From Callorhinchus milii (taxonomy: Eukaryota), in NCBI RefSeq assembly GCF_018977255.1, contig NW_024704749.1, forward strand, positions 21,700,001 through 21,764,000: a stretch of 64,000 bases of DNA, in the 5' to 3' direction. This document shows, piece by piece, positions 1 to 14,700 of the stretch. Positions within the stretch are counted from its first letter, which is position 1. Each line of letters starts with the position of its first letter. The notes beneath the pieces were generated by a model. The model worked only from the letters and a program-made list of their open reading frames with translations. It searched no databases and was not told where the DNA came from. A program made the position numbers and the translations under genes.

Positions 1-2764
1 GCTCGGTTTAACATTTCAAGAGCATCAGACAGAGCAGGAAACAAATCTTCTTTTGGGGTATTTTGAGTCACTTTCATGATGCATTCATTCCTCTGACAAA
101 TACAGGTGTTGAGAGAAGGCTTGGCTTGGTGGTAACTCTGAAATTTCACAGGGGCTATTAAAACTGGGACATGTACACGTATAAAGTTTGGCAAACAAGG
201 GTATAGCAGAACACAAGACTTAAAAATAAGGATGAACTTTAGAAAATATGGAATCAAATAATTTTGTTTGAGGTAAACCGCTTCCTGTGGTAGTTTTACA
301 TGTCATTATTTGTTCTTTAATTGAAATGCAATACTTTTATACCCATCATATGGTAAAAATATCCAGAGGAAAGTTAAAAGGCTTCCTAGAGGACAACTGG
401 AAATATAGCAAGAACTTCCCCAAGGTGCCAGCTACTTCACGCAAACATCTGTTCACTCTGGATTTTGAACTATAAACTGATCAAGGCATTCAGTACATGG
501 CCCTGAATTCCCACTCTTCTTACATGTAGATATTCTGCTGTATTTACCCGAACACAATTGCAAACATACGAAGAAGAACAGTAATGATATGATTCCAGAA
601 TTATTCTTGTTTGCTTTTATTGGTGTGTGTACAGCCAAAGATTTGATCCAAGATTATAATCTAATATTTATAACCCCAGTATTCCCTGATCATGGTCAGC
701 TCTTTCCTTGCATTTGTTGTTGTATTTCACGAGTTTTCCTGTGTTAACTTCTAGCTCCCAAGAGAGTATCAGCATTCCTCTTTTCTTTCCCTCTGTGTTC
801 AGGATTCTTTGCAGACATGTTCAGGTATGGTAACAATTTATTGTGTCTGTGCCACTGACCTAAAATAAACTCAAGGTTTGAAGCACAGCCTTAATCCAGG
901 GGACTGTGCAGTAACACATTATACCACTGGCCCTGATTTGAAACTAGCTCACACACAATACTGGCCTGGTTTAAAACTAGCTAAGGCAGATGGAATGAAA
1001 CTCTCTGACAGCTGTTAGGACTCCTAAGTGACATTAGTTTGGTCAATCTCAAACTGGTTCCCAACAGACATAAGTTCCATAAGACTGTCTTCCAATTCAG
1101 TAAAGACTGACATTAAATTGTCAATCACACTCAGAGACGGGCTACAAGTTGGATCAGTGTGGGAAATGGAAATGTTGCATTGATGCAAATGGGGATTCTT
1201 TAGTGTTCAGATTCAGTGGAGTGTACAGAGTCCTCTGTGTACACGGAGCTCTAACTTACAGTATACCCAAGTTTGACAGTCTCTCTGGTTACAAAGAAAA
1301 TAGACTTGCAACTCAGCAGCAGAATTTGTACTGAACTCTAATGGTCACAGAAGTCATGGGAAAAATACCTATTGTCTTTCTATGTCTTTCAGAGGCAATT
1401 TGGCTTTGAGAAAACGATGGGTCAGATTTAACTTGTTCATTCTCAGTTTACATATCCGACACCTGAAATTCCAATTTGTCTTAAAATCTACAACTGTGCA
1501 AAATTATGGAATATTCTTAAACTCGGTCATAATATAGATGCCAGTTTTATAATAACACAATAACATAACACAGTACAACATCATATAATATAATCCTTGC
1601 ATTTGATATAGCGTCTTATCACATCAGTGAGACGTCTCATAGCATTTCACAGAATATATCATGAAGTGGATTGACTGTATTTTTGTATATTTTCTATAGT
1701 TCTTAAAAAAAATCAGCTTCTAAATTTTGACTGAATTTAAGAATATTCCACAATTTGGCAAGATTTTACATTTTAAGAGAAAACGTAAGGGAATTTCAGG
1801 CTCAGACTATCCTCGTGATCAGGTAGGATAAGGTCTATATTTTTACTGCACTCATCACCTACAGCAAGACCAAACATGATGCACCAGGAGACACTGGATA
1901 TAGATTTCATGCAGATTGAAGGAGCAAGCTTGTGGCGCAGTGCACTCATGCACTAATTTTTAATTTCCCGCTGGTCGAATTTCGGTACTTTTCAAAGATA
2001 TTCTCTCATCTTGATGTCGTCCACTTTTATATGAGTTAATGTGCGCAAATCAATACATTATTCTTTGGGTATTGAAAGTCTGCCACCTTTGATGAAATAT
2101 AAACTTTCTTTGGTCTTAAAATTGTGGAGGGTGTGGGGGAATTACCCCTATGAAGTGCAAGAGACCAGGCCCCTTGTCAATCATTCAATGTTTTAGAAGA
2201 TTTATAATTGATTTACACAAAATATACAGTCAATTCACTTTACAGTATATTCTGTGAAGCACTTTGAGATGTCTCAAAGACATGATAAGGTACAATGTCA
2301 AATGCAAGGATTATTATTATTATTTATTTGATGTAGATACCCAACTAAATAAGGTTTGTAGTCTTTATTATTAAATCATTATTATTAAAGGACAACTTGA
2401 GAATCAGCACAATAATAATCTTGTTTTAAGCTGAAATCCAAAATCTTGTTACTGAGAGAAATAGGGGAACGGAAATAATGCCATTTTACAATAATGGATT
2501 GTTCCTAATCAAACAGTACCATAAATTGGAGACCTTTTGTTGGGATACTGAATGAAAGAAAGGCTTGTTCTCAGTGGTTTGTCTCTACCCCACAATCAGT
2601 TCTCAATCCACTATTTGATAAAGATACAAAAGTTGCAAGCTTTCATATCTTTGTCTACAAACTACACAGTCACTCCACTTTACGGTAAATCCTATGAAGC
2701 ACTTTGAAATGTCCTCCTGACCCAAAGGTGCTCACCCAAGGTAACGGTATCTATGTTAACTTAC

Positions 2765-5700
2765 CAACATGATCCGGTGCCACTCCCATTTCCTGCAGGA
2801 CAATCGCCTGCTCCCGAGAGACAGGAAAACCCACCAGGACCCAACCCTGAAGGAAACAAATGATGAGAAGAATTGTAAAGTGCCAGAACTGGTTACTTGA
2901 ATGACGTATCCCAACAAAATAAAACTGAGTTTGTTTCAGAGCAACTCATCTAATATTTCTACTCTTAAACACCTCAACGTAATATTTCAATAGCAACATC
3001 AAGACCATTTTAAGAAGCCCATTTAATTTTTCATGTTTCTTTGACAACTTACATAATGTTAAAAAGCTGGATGATAGTTTAGCTACATTGGTGTTAAGCA
3101 CCTTTAGAGAAATAAAAGAAAGGATACATTTTTTTCATTGATCGAAACTATATTGGTGGAGTCCTGTAGCTCAATGGTTAGAGCACTCGCTTTGCAAGTG
3201 AGAGACCTGAGTTCAATTCCAGGCAGAGGGCGAAACCTTGGGCAAGTTTCCTTACTCCACACAGAGCCTAATAATAATCCCTCCAAAAAACCAAAAACAA
3301 TAATAAATTGGTCATTTTCAATCTACGACTGTTTGTGGGACATTGCTGTGTGCAATTGGCTGCCGCGTTCGCCCACAAATATACAGTTAATTCACTTTAC
3401 AGTGTGTTCTGTGAAGCGTTTGGGACGTCCTCCCGACGTGAAAAGCGCTATATTAAATGCAAGGATTATTATTATTATTATATTGCATTTCCCTGGAAAT
3501 ATAAAATATTTTAAACTTCAAATAACTCATTACTGTATTGTCCTGTTTTATAAAATGTTGCAATCTTTCATAACAAAAAAACCTTAACTTTTCAGTTTGC
3601 CTGAAAATATTCCTGCATACTACTGTTTACCTGAATTTATTTGAATTCCTTAATAGGATTAGACACATTGTTCTGCAATGTTGGACCTAAAAGCCAACAT
3701 TTGAGTTCTCAAACTGCTTTACATTGATTCTTTGGTTCCAGATTTAACCGATAAAAATCTAGACTGGGGAATTAAAAGGAAATCCACTAAAACGGAATCA
3801 GTCAAATGTATACTTGATTTATAAAAGCAACAATAAAAACTTCCCAAAAATGTCATGAATATAAAAGCAAAGGCAACAAGAGGCAAGACTGCGGTAACAC
3901 AATCAACATAAACTGCACATTCGTTAGTTACAAATGAGAGGATCTTGCTAATGGAACATCCACTCCTAGGACTAATAAACAGGAACTGTGCTGAAAACAA
4001 ATCAGTTCCCACTTGCCCTTCTTAACAGAAAATGTAAATGTATTACCAGCACTCTTTGAAAGTTAACATTTATAGACCTGAATAATGTGTGCACAATTGA
4101 CTACCGCATTTCGTCTACAAAATAAACAGTCAATTCACTTTCCAGTATATTCTGTGAAGTGGTTTGAGACGTCTCGAAAACGTGATATGGCGTTATATCA
4201 AATGCAAGGATTATTATTATTGTGGTGTCTGTCTCAAGTGCTCTTTGATAAAAGTTTAAATGATTTTCTCAAATACTGAAACAGGGCTAGATTGTCACAC
4301 TAAAAGCACCATCTCTTTAGGTTTTTCACGACAGTGTAGGAACGACTGACAAACAAATGCCAGTAAAATACGGATATGTACACTCATCTAATACCTCAGT
4401 TTCCATTCACTCCAAAAGCAATCTATGGAATTATACTTCTCAAACATTGTAAAATTATTTACTTCTACAAGGTACTTCTTGAGACTCTTCCTTTAGAATA
4501 AATTGACTGCCAAAGACCAGCAGATAGGTAGAAACAGATTATTTATGAACACTTGCACAGATCTCTGTGTTTGCTGCCATGTCGGGCTCAAGACACTTCT
4601 CCTTATATAATGAAAAATAAGCACCTCTGCAAAAGGTTCCCAGTTGCAGGGAAACTGATAAATCAATGGCTGAGACACAATTAGGAAAGATTCTGACAGT
4701 CTTTTCTGGCCATGTTGTTTTGGAAATGTTGCTTGTTTTTATACGTGTAGCTTTTAAAGTCATGTTTCAGATACTAACTATTAAAAAACTTTGGCATTAT
4801 TCCAGGAGCGGTGTTTAAAGCACAATCGTTTTGGAAACCGTTCCTGCTTTATTACACTGGAAGACAGTGTTTAACAAGCACTTGTAAAGTGAAGGGAATA
4901 GAGAGAATGACAGAATCAAACCTCACGTATGTAGTTGCTCAGCTGACAGAATTGTACACGTTTATGAGTGACATGAAACGTTATGCTGTAAAGATTAGCA
5001 CCCTGCCCAATTATTCTTTCTGTATACATTCACTCACTCTTTCATAACACTTTCCTTCTGTACCTTTGTGCTTTCCCCAAGCCCCTCTGGCATTTTAAGT
5101 GCTGATTAGTATAGTTAGTTTGGTATTATAATTGTATTTCATATTTAAATACACATTTAATTCCCCTGCACTTTCATAAACTACAATCATCACAACTAAG
5201 ATGTTACGGTTTACATTTATACCTCTCCAGCTACATTTGTGATTTATTATGACATACAAATCCATATAATTGCTTATCGATTCCAAAGTAGAAAATGGAT
5301 CCCATTTTAATTTAGTTATTCCAGGAACTGTGGACTCCTGTAGCTTAGTGGTTAAAACACTTGCCTCACAAGCGAGATGACCTGGGTTTGATTCCCAGGC
5401 AGGGCGAAATGTTGGGCAAGTTTCCTTATTCCACACGCTTCAATTTATCTAGCAGTAAGTAGGAACCCAGTTGTTAATCGATTGGCGGATTTTTTTTCTG
5501 GGGGTAAAAATCCCTTAAAAAATAATAAGTTGGTCACTCAATCCACTGTGCGCAATTGGCTTCCGCGTTTCGTCCACAAAATATACAGTCAATTCACTTT
5601 ACACTATATTCTTTGAAGTGCTTTGAGACGTATTAAACACATGATAAGACACCGTATCAAATGCAAGGGCAAAAAAAAAACTGCAGTGTTATATTTCCAT

Positions 5701-8700
5701 GGTCTGTCCCCATTGTATGTGTTTTTTAAATCTTTCCTGGATGTTATTTTTAACTCCACTTTGCAGTTAGATGCAGTTATATTCATCAAGATATACGTTC
5801 TGGTTTGTAGCTAACGTTTGGTTTGCCGCTCTGATAGGATTACAAACAAAACAATGGAATCTAAAACAGGATAATTTATAACTGCAAATCCTAAATAAGA
5901 GCTAGTGCCTGTGACTGTATGTGCCATCACATTGGCCCAGGGGAACCCGCTACAATACCATCTACCTCAATTTACTGTGAGCTGGCGTTAGACAAGCACC
6001 AGCAGCAATCACTATCTTCCAATATGAATATCACAATTTCACTCTAATAGGACGAGCTAAATGTAAAATGATTAAACAGACAGAGGCAGACTGTGCAAGA
6101 GTTAATAGTTGCCAACTTCACTTGATCACAAACTGACTGATTCATCGCAGAGGCTCTCCAGCTTGTTTGGCCAAGGTTAATTGACATTCTGATCATCCTC
6201 TCCTTACCTCCAGTGAGTTGGTTCTTTTTATCAGACATCAAAAGCCTGTATGCTCTGAGCTACTTAGGCACGGCACTGATCTATGGACAGAACATCTGCA
6301 TGAGTAAAGGAACTGAGGAGGGACAGGCAACTGAGCAGATGTCACAGGGAAAAGAGCTACCTTGGGAGTCAAACGGACGATCGTACAACACAGAGACTGT
6401 GACCTAACTCCACACTGACACAATGTACTAAAATCTATCCTTGTTAAATTTCGCACCTCGATGCACATACACAGATTTAAGTTATCAGGGGTTAATTACG
6501 CATTATCAATAAACAAAAAAAGGCAAACTAGACACAGTGAATTACGGAGGAAGTCAAACCGGAATTCTAACTGGAATTAAAGTTAAATGCCTCTTACATT
6601 TATGGGTAGTGTTGTGGTCAACTGCGTAATATAGTTGCCAATTGCACTAGCTTGGTTCAGGAACAGTTCCCAGAATCTAAGGGGGTCTGCAAAAGCAAAG
6701 TGAGTATACCACACGTAAACCATATGTAAACCAGGAGACCCGAGTCAAAAGTGATGAAATTCAAACTGGGAGAAAATATACCTTTAAAAAATGAGTCCAT
6801 TCAGCACAGGTAACTGGATACACTGATTTAACAATTTGATGGAAGAAAAAAGGCATTTTTTCCAGCAAGACAGTTAACTACAAATTTGCAACACGCAAAC
6901 TGGTAAGTGAGAACCAACGACACAATTTGGACATGTAAAATATTTGCTTTTATTTGTGCTTTGAATCAAAATCCGATTAGGAGCCAGACAGACAATATGT
7001 CAGAGCAAGATTTGTTGAACATAAAAGGATTCTTGGAGTTGACTGCTCTCTCTTTACTCGCTCTGAAATCTCAATATTATTTGAATTTTTTTTTAAAAAT
7101 CATATAAAAGGTGTACAAATATTGTTTTGTCACACGTTAATTTCTCACTAAATACTTCCTCTTCTCATTCCTGTACCTGTGCAACACCCAGAGTGAGGTA
7201 TGCGTACAAAGGTTTTGAAAGGTGAGATTATGTGCAATTAAACTTGCAAAATATCTTCATATTTTCAAAGTATTCATGTAACTACAGCAGACAGATTCAA
7301 AAATATCAGAGAGAAAATCGTTAGCAACAAGACAGAAAATGTCAATGGGACACAAGTGATACAGTATTTGAAGCCATAATTATTTATTATTACATGTCAC
7401 AACTAAGACCTTTGACTTTAGAGAACCTGTGACAAATATCCATCACAATTACTGACATCCTAATGCAAAAACAATAGTCTCCCAAGCTTTAATAGCTTGC
7501 TGTAGTCTCAAACTTTATTTCTCAAGCATAAAAATAAATGTTTCAAAGAATTTTGACAATAATGATGTGAACTTCAATCAAAGTCTCTTCTAAAGTCGAC
7601 AAGACTAGTCAAAGGTGGTACTTGAGGTTACTCAGTTACAATTATAGATGCGGATTGCAGGCTGCTCTGAACTACCAAGGATGGACTGTTCTCATGTGCA
7701 TTGGGACTTCAGCAAAGAACCATGATGGTTTTGCGGGCAGTGCAAGTAAAATACAGTCAGACTGCAAGTGGGAAAACATGATAAAATGCCACAGTATTTT
7801 TCCAGTCTAAAACTATTCTGAACAACAAAGAAACACAACTCTAAAAGTGAGCAATTTCTCCCGCTTAGTTTGGAAATTACATTAAAAACAGCTAATGTTC
7901 AGTTTTGCTCTAGGGAAGAAAATAAACATTTCAGGAGCTCATCATCTTCAAAGGAGAAATCAGAAGCCATAAAAAATAGGGATGTTGTTTCAGCTAAGAA
8001 CAATGTAATCAAAAGTTCAGTGATATGTTTCAAGACTCTGCATTATTTTAGAGTGAAATTGAAGCAAATAGCTGAGATGTTTTAAAATGTAAAGTGTCTC
8101 AGAGTACTTTGTACATAGATTATTTTGGTTAGTGCTCCAAAATGTGAGTATTTAAATGTCAAGTATGGTAGCTGGGGAATTTAGAACCACATAAAATGAG
8201 GGAAGTTATCGTGCAATTAAAAGTTGAAAGAATCTAGCAGTGAAACTATGTTTAATTTTTAATACGTTGGTAGCAAACATTCCAGTCTAACTTCACTTCA
8301 GACATTATTAGCAAACTGCTTCATTAAGAGTTTTGAATTACAAAATAACATCAGATGCTAGCTACATGTGCTCCAGTAATGATAATCCTTAATTTGATAT
8401 AGCGCCTTATCACATCTTCGAGAAATCTCAAAGCGCTTCATAGAATATATTGTAAAGTGAATTGACTGTATATTTTATGGAAGAAATGCAGCAGCCAATT
8501 GTGCACAGCAGTGTCCCGCAAACAGTCGTAGATTGAGTGACCAAATTGTTTTTTTTAAGGGATTATTGCCCATGGAAAAGCGATCCACCAATCGACTAAC
8601 AACCGGGTTTCTTCTTACTGCTAGGTAAACAGAGGCTGCTTGAGTAAGGAAACTTGCCTAAGGTTTTGCCTCATCCGGGAATTGAACCCGAGTCCTCTCG

Positions 8701-11700
8701 CTTGAGAGGTGAGTGCTCTAACCACTGCACTATGGGATGTAATCCTGTAATCCTGGTTCACAGTAACGCATCACAGCAGTTTTTACTATTTTGAATACAG
8801 ACACTGTGTCTCGATATCAAAAGTATTGCAGGCACAAATCCAAAGTACTTGATTTCACAACTGCATAACTCCACAATTTGTAAATCTACCTGTATTTGAT
8901 GTAACACAATAAATCCCACTTAAAAGAGCATCTGTTATGTGAATCTTTCAGATTTTGTCCCCCTCCGCAACTTTCTAATTAGTCATTTTATAGGAACCCA
9001 ATTTACAGTAAAATGTTTGAAGCCCTGTGAGCAAAATTGTTAGTCTATCCACCAGATGTTGCCATTTTCAAGCACAATTGTTACCAGATGTTACTTTGAT
9101 CATCTTGCATGGTATTCATGAGCTTTTATTGCTTAATGTAAACGAGGAATCAACTTCTCAGACTTCACATAACAATCAGTATCACACTTGCACCTCAATT
9201 CAACTCACACTCACTCCATAGCAATACGTTCCTGGTGCACTAAGCTCAGCTCTCCAGGGGTAAGAAGTGCTGCACAAAAGTGGATATTCAGTCACCAAGG
9301 TTTCTGCTTCTTTGTCTTTATCTTGTAACCGGGCCAATCTTTTCCTGACCAGTCGAGGGAGTGAGCATGTGAAAGCATTGCCTGGGAGTCCATGTCATCA
9401 TGCAATGTATAAATAATGACCTATTGCATAGTGTAATTCTACATGAAGGCAACATCCATCACCCCAAACCTGGGCCAACACCATAAACACTAGGGATTAA
9501 AGGCAGCACCAAAGTTCCATAGATTTCCCTTTAGCGCTACTCTTGAGGCCCTTTCCATCTTTATTTCAACATTGGTTATTGCAAGCATATCCTGTGTGAA
9601 GGGCGCTTTTTAAATGCAAGTTGATGGTGTTGCTGTTGGTCCAGTTTGCTGCAAGAGATATCGTTGCCACTTAGTAAATGTGCTGATGTCAAAGCTCGGG
9701 CTGCATGATCATGCAATTCCACTGGCTTACATCTATCTGCCTATTAGCAGCTGAAATCAAACCCATCGCAGAATGTGGTCGTAGGGTTTTCACCTTTTGG
9801 GACGTCTTTCCGATGTGAAGGATGCCATACAAGTGTAATTTATTGTTGTTGTTGCTGCTTGAGTTTAGTTTCCAGTGGCAGTGTTGTAAGCTGAAGTAGG
9901 CACGAACGAGCAAGAGGACTATTCTTTATTAATAATTTTTATCCATTCTGGATATTATTTATTACGAAGCTCTACAATCAGTATGAAGCACATTGCAACA
10001 TCATTAAACACGCTTAATTGTTCAAACATTACAAGGCTATGAAATACTTATTTATTTGCGTGCATTATTTACAGGATATTTTGTTTATACGATTTGAATT
10101 TTTTAATGCATTATGCTAATGAAGTCTACTACACAGGGTGCTAGACGTCAAGATAATTTATTTGACTTTCGGTTGTTTCTGTGCCATCAGTAATGAAATA
10201 TGAAACGTTAGCCTGGCTCGGTAGTTCTTAAACTGTAAAGTGTGGACCCTGCCAATAGCTTGTATTCGTATTGACCTTTTCCCATAAAATAATGTCTCAA
10301 AGTGATTAACATGAGCAGTCGACACTGAACAAGAAGTTGGAAGAATTTCGAGGTGACTAACATCATGATTAAAGGATAGGCTTTCAGTAGATTTTTGAAA
10401 GCAGTGCAAGAGATAATGAGGCAGGGATTTTGCCCAATGATAATACTAATTTAATACATTTGTTAAGCAACTGAGGCTGTAAGTCATTTATCTTAGGATT
10501 TGTACAATCTTCAATTGTGATAATTCAAGTCCCTCATTCCTGGTACCATCTTGGTAAATCTCCTTTGCATCCTCTCCAAGGCCTTGACATCCTTCTTAAA
10601 TTGTGGAGCCCAGGATTGAACACGGTACTCTAACTGAGGCCTAACCAGTGTTTTATAAATGATCATTATAACCGCCTTACTTTTGTGTTCTATGCCCCTA
10701 TTTATAAAGCCAACAATCCCATATGCTTTTTTAACAGCTTTATCTACCTGTCCTGCCACCTTCAAGTGCTTATTGATGGTACAATCTTAAAGGGGGTGCT
10801 TATGTGAACAACAACAACAACAAAATGACATTTGTATAGTGCCTTTCACGTCAGGAGGACGTCCCAAGGCACTGGACAGACAGAGTTACAGACCCAAGCT
10901 GAGGGTCGGGGTGGGGGAGGGTGGAGGGCAGGGGGACAAGCAGGGAGATCGAAAGCACGGTCGAAGAGGAGGGTCTTGAGGTGGGTCTTGAAGGTTGCGA
11001 GAACCCCCAGGTTTCTCTGCTTCTGCACCCCCTTTAAGATTGTACCACCAATAAGCACTTCAACTCCATTGCCTAGGTTTTACTCAGCCTGCAATTTTCA
11101 TTTGTAAACCTAAATTATGGATCTCTCTCACACTAGCGAAAATAATCACAAAAGCTGCCCAAGACAAGAATCTATCAATTTCCCCCTGCGCAGCGAAAAT
11201 CATATTTCCATTGATGGAATGGATATACAGAAAGCTCAAATGGAGATTTACTACACAATAGGGGTTAACACTGTCCTGTAGGCATATTGCTTTAGCCCAC
11301 AGGGACACGGAACCAGGGAAATAGATTTATACACAATAAGTGGCTAGAATTCCCAGGTTCAACAATATTTGAATCATGGGATGCCAGGATCGTTACAACT
11401 GCTTGCCACATTTAGAGATTTACACACTCGTTAGGGATTAGTAGAAAACTGTTCACTGCAGTCTCCAAAATGCAAAGATTGCCATCATGCATAAACTACA
11501 AAAAAGCTGAATATTGAAAATGAGAGACGGATGCTCCGAGAGGAACAGCAACAGTTTCTAAAGTCACAAAAGTCGTGGAGTTAAAGAAAAACAAAAGCCT
11601 CATTAGATTTGTTAATGCAAAAACGTTACTCTAATCCCCCAAAGTATTACGTTAATACCAGTAGAACCTAACAAAAAATATCCTGTCCGCATTCATTAGA

Positions 11701-14700
11701 TTCATTTATGTTAACTGAATACTTTTATATGTAAATTCCTGTTAAAGGGCAATTAAAACCAAATTCGAACAGAGTAGCTCTGATAGCAAGCAGCTAACCT
11801 CAAAGACAAATAATTTGAAAATTCAAATCAGGGATATGATAATCAGAAAGATTCAACATGCACTTTCAAAAGGTGACACTATACCACATACATAGATCGA
11901 AAAATGGTTCCTTACCTATTTGTAATAGACCCACATTTAAATTCTTCACACTTTTTTTAATAAAATCTTTGTGATTTTCTTTTTTATTTGCCCAAATACC
12001 TTTCTTTCTTTAGTTTCAAATATCTGGCAATCCGAGCACGCTCTGTGCATGGTTTTATTTCTATTCTCTGCACTAACATTTAACTCCCTCCCGTTCCTAG
12101 AGTCAGTGACCCAAACAATTCTCGTCCACCAACAGACAAAACAAACATGAAGAACATGGGTAGAAAAACCTGCCAAGGTTACCTGCAAGCCTAAATGTTT
12201 AAGTTACTTAACTGCATTACTGCTGGAAGATTCTATATGATGTTGCACCACTTTTTAATTCAAATATATTTTTTAACTACTAAGGACAGCTGAAGTAATT
12301 ACTGCAAAGTCCTTGATCACAGGAAGATGGCAGACGCCAGCATTATTGCAGCCATGCAGATAGAAATACTCGTTACCACGGTCATGGTAGGAAGCATCAA
12401 GTGAAACTGGTCTGTCAGGACTGGGCTTTGTTGAGAAAGGGAAGAAACACCATCAAGCAGAACAGAAAGTTTCTGTTGTAAGCAGCTATTGTCTTGACAG
12501 CTCTTATAGGGATTGTTTCATTCATTTCTTAACTTCATACAAGAAAGTTTAAAAATATTAGTATGGGACACTTGTTTGTGGAAATAAATTTGAAACAGGA
12601 ATTTGTCCCTCTCTTCACAGTAAGAAGGCACCCTAGTTATAACGCCATTGCTGTACTGCAAGCCTGCCATTGGTTTTATTCTCTCTTATACGGCACACAC
12701 CACCCCCTTATAATGATAATAATACTTGCATTTGATATAGCGCCTCACCATGTCGTTGAGATGTCGCAAAGAGCATCACATGATATACTGCAAAGTGAAT
12801 TGACTGTATATTTTGTGGGTGGAATGTGGTAGCCAATTGCGCACAGCAATGTCCCACAAACAGTCCTCCCTCTCATTCTCACAAACCGTGCTTTTACCAA
12901 AACAACCTAAAATAGATGTCTTTACTCTGTGTGCTATGACTGCTGTATAAATCCACACCTGAGAGAACTCTGGTATCATACACATAATGGCTGTGACGTG
13001 GATCCATGAGATTTTGCAGAAGAGGCTGCAGGAATGTACTTACTCATCATATTCTCTGTCAACCATTGGATTTGACAGTTAAAGATTGAACATATTTTCC
13101 AAGGGCAATGTGCTCAAAAACTGAATGCTATATCTCGCAGTCAGCAGTGTGTTACAAGGCTACAAACCTATCCAACTAACCATTAGAGGTATTCTGTTGG
13201 ATAATCAGTACAGTATTTAGCTGAACACAATAAACATCTGACCTGAAATTCTAAAGACTTTGCACAAATTGTGTTACTCTGTTCTGTTAACACTTTCTGC
13301 TTAGGTTAGACTAAGTTATACAGTTCATACATTTACCAATGTTTAACATTATAAAATGCAACACTTTTAACATTTGGAACTAGTAACTTAACATGCCTAG
13401 CTACCTATAGGCTGTAAGTAATTAGTGCAGCATTTTCAAGTCATGTTGGAGAAGCAGATAAATGGTTTTCGAACCAACACAAATTGCACTTCAGTTGTAC
13501 TATGGACACCACCTGGCGGAGGGGGTTTCAGTGTTAGTCTCACCAAATGAAGTATAAATGCAATGTTTTCGCACTGGGCTCACTTCCCAGGGTTCGATAA
13601 AAGCTCTTAAGAGGGCCACTGAATAGCCATGAGCTTCTTAAAAAAAACCCTGTTCGTTAATATTATTAAATAGTGGATCATCACATAACTACCTCCTAAT
13701 TATTATTAATAATAAAGAAACCACAATTCAATATCTGAAATCCCAAATCTTTTTTTTCCAATGCAAAACAGCAAGGAAAGTATAAATCACGCGTTCCATG
13801 CCACATCACTCTACTGCCAGTAAAAAAAACATTGGACTTCCAAGTTAAAGCAAAGAAAGCAGAGTAAAATAATTAAAACATTAAAATAACTGTGCAGAAC
13901 AATTTGTGAAGGCATCTGCATTGTTAATAAATGCACATTCTAACATTTAGTGCATATTTTGGCACGCTTATACTCGTGCTAAATTGGATGGCAGATGTGT
14001 TATTCATTTAACACAAACTGACTATATGGTTTCTGTTTGACTATTTTGTCTAGTTTCTGGGCGACATAGCCCATCCCAGCCCTGAACACTGCTCCAGGCA
14101 ATCAGTTGGATTCTGTGTTTAGTCTTTGATCAACACTCAACTATCAGATTAGCATATGCACACACACTCATCCCGCACTTTATCCTCTTAATAAACTTTC
14201 AAACTCCCTGACTGCTGTTCAACAGAGCAATCAGTCCCTAAATCAATCCCCCGCTCATTCAGCCGCTGAATACCAAGTACGAGTGCATGCTGTGTAATTG
14301 CTCTTTGACTATTCCTACAGGAGCGATTCCTACCCGTTTGATGCAGTCCATTTTTGACAGCCATTCTAGGATCAGCTTTGCCCAGAGTGTGTGGGGAATT
14401 TCCTGCAAAGCAAAAGAGAATTGCAAAGAGATGAGAGGGTGAATATTCAGAGGAAAGTTCAAAAGGAATTCCAAAGCCCCTACATGATTAGGCTGAAGGA
14501 GAAAAGTGAAAGGAATCGGCAGGCACTTTTTTTTTGAGTTACTAGGTCTCCCGGGTAGTTCGGCTCGAGACCTGTGCCCCGGTGCAGTGGGAGCTTGGAC
14601 TTGCTGTTTTTTGTCTCTGTGTCTGTTTGTGGTAGATCATGCTGTTTGCTACAGCAGCAGCCGGTGTCTGCTCCAACCCTTTGAAGTGTCAGATTGACAG

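Noticed and set aside
3156-3230. tRNA-Ala genes at SINE heads
   Set aside because: No pairing acceptor stem and always followed by SINE body and L2 tail; these are retroposon heads.
3104-3587. Recurrent ORFs such as [31 protein letters not shown] as a gene family
   Set aside because: They are translations of SINE copies.
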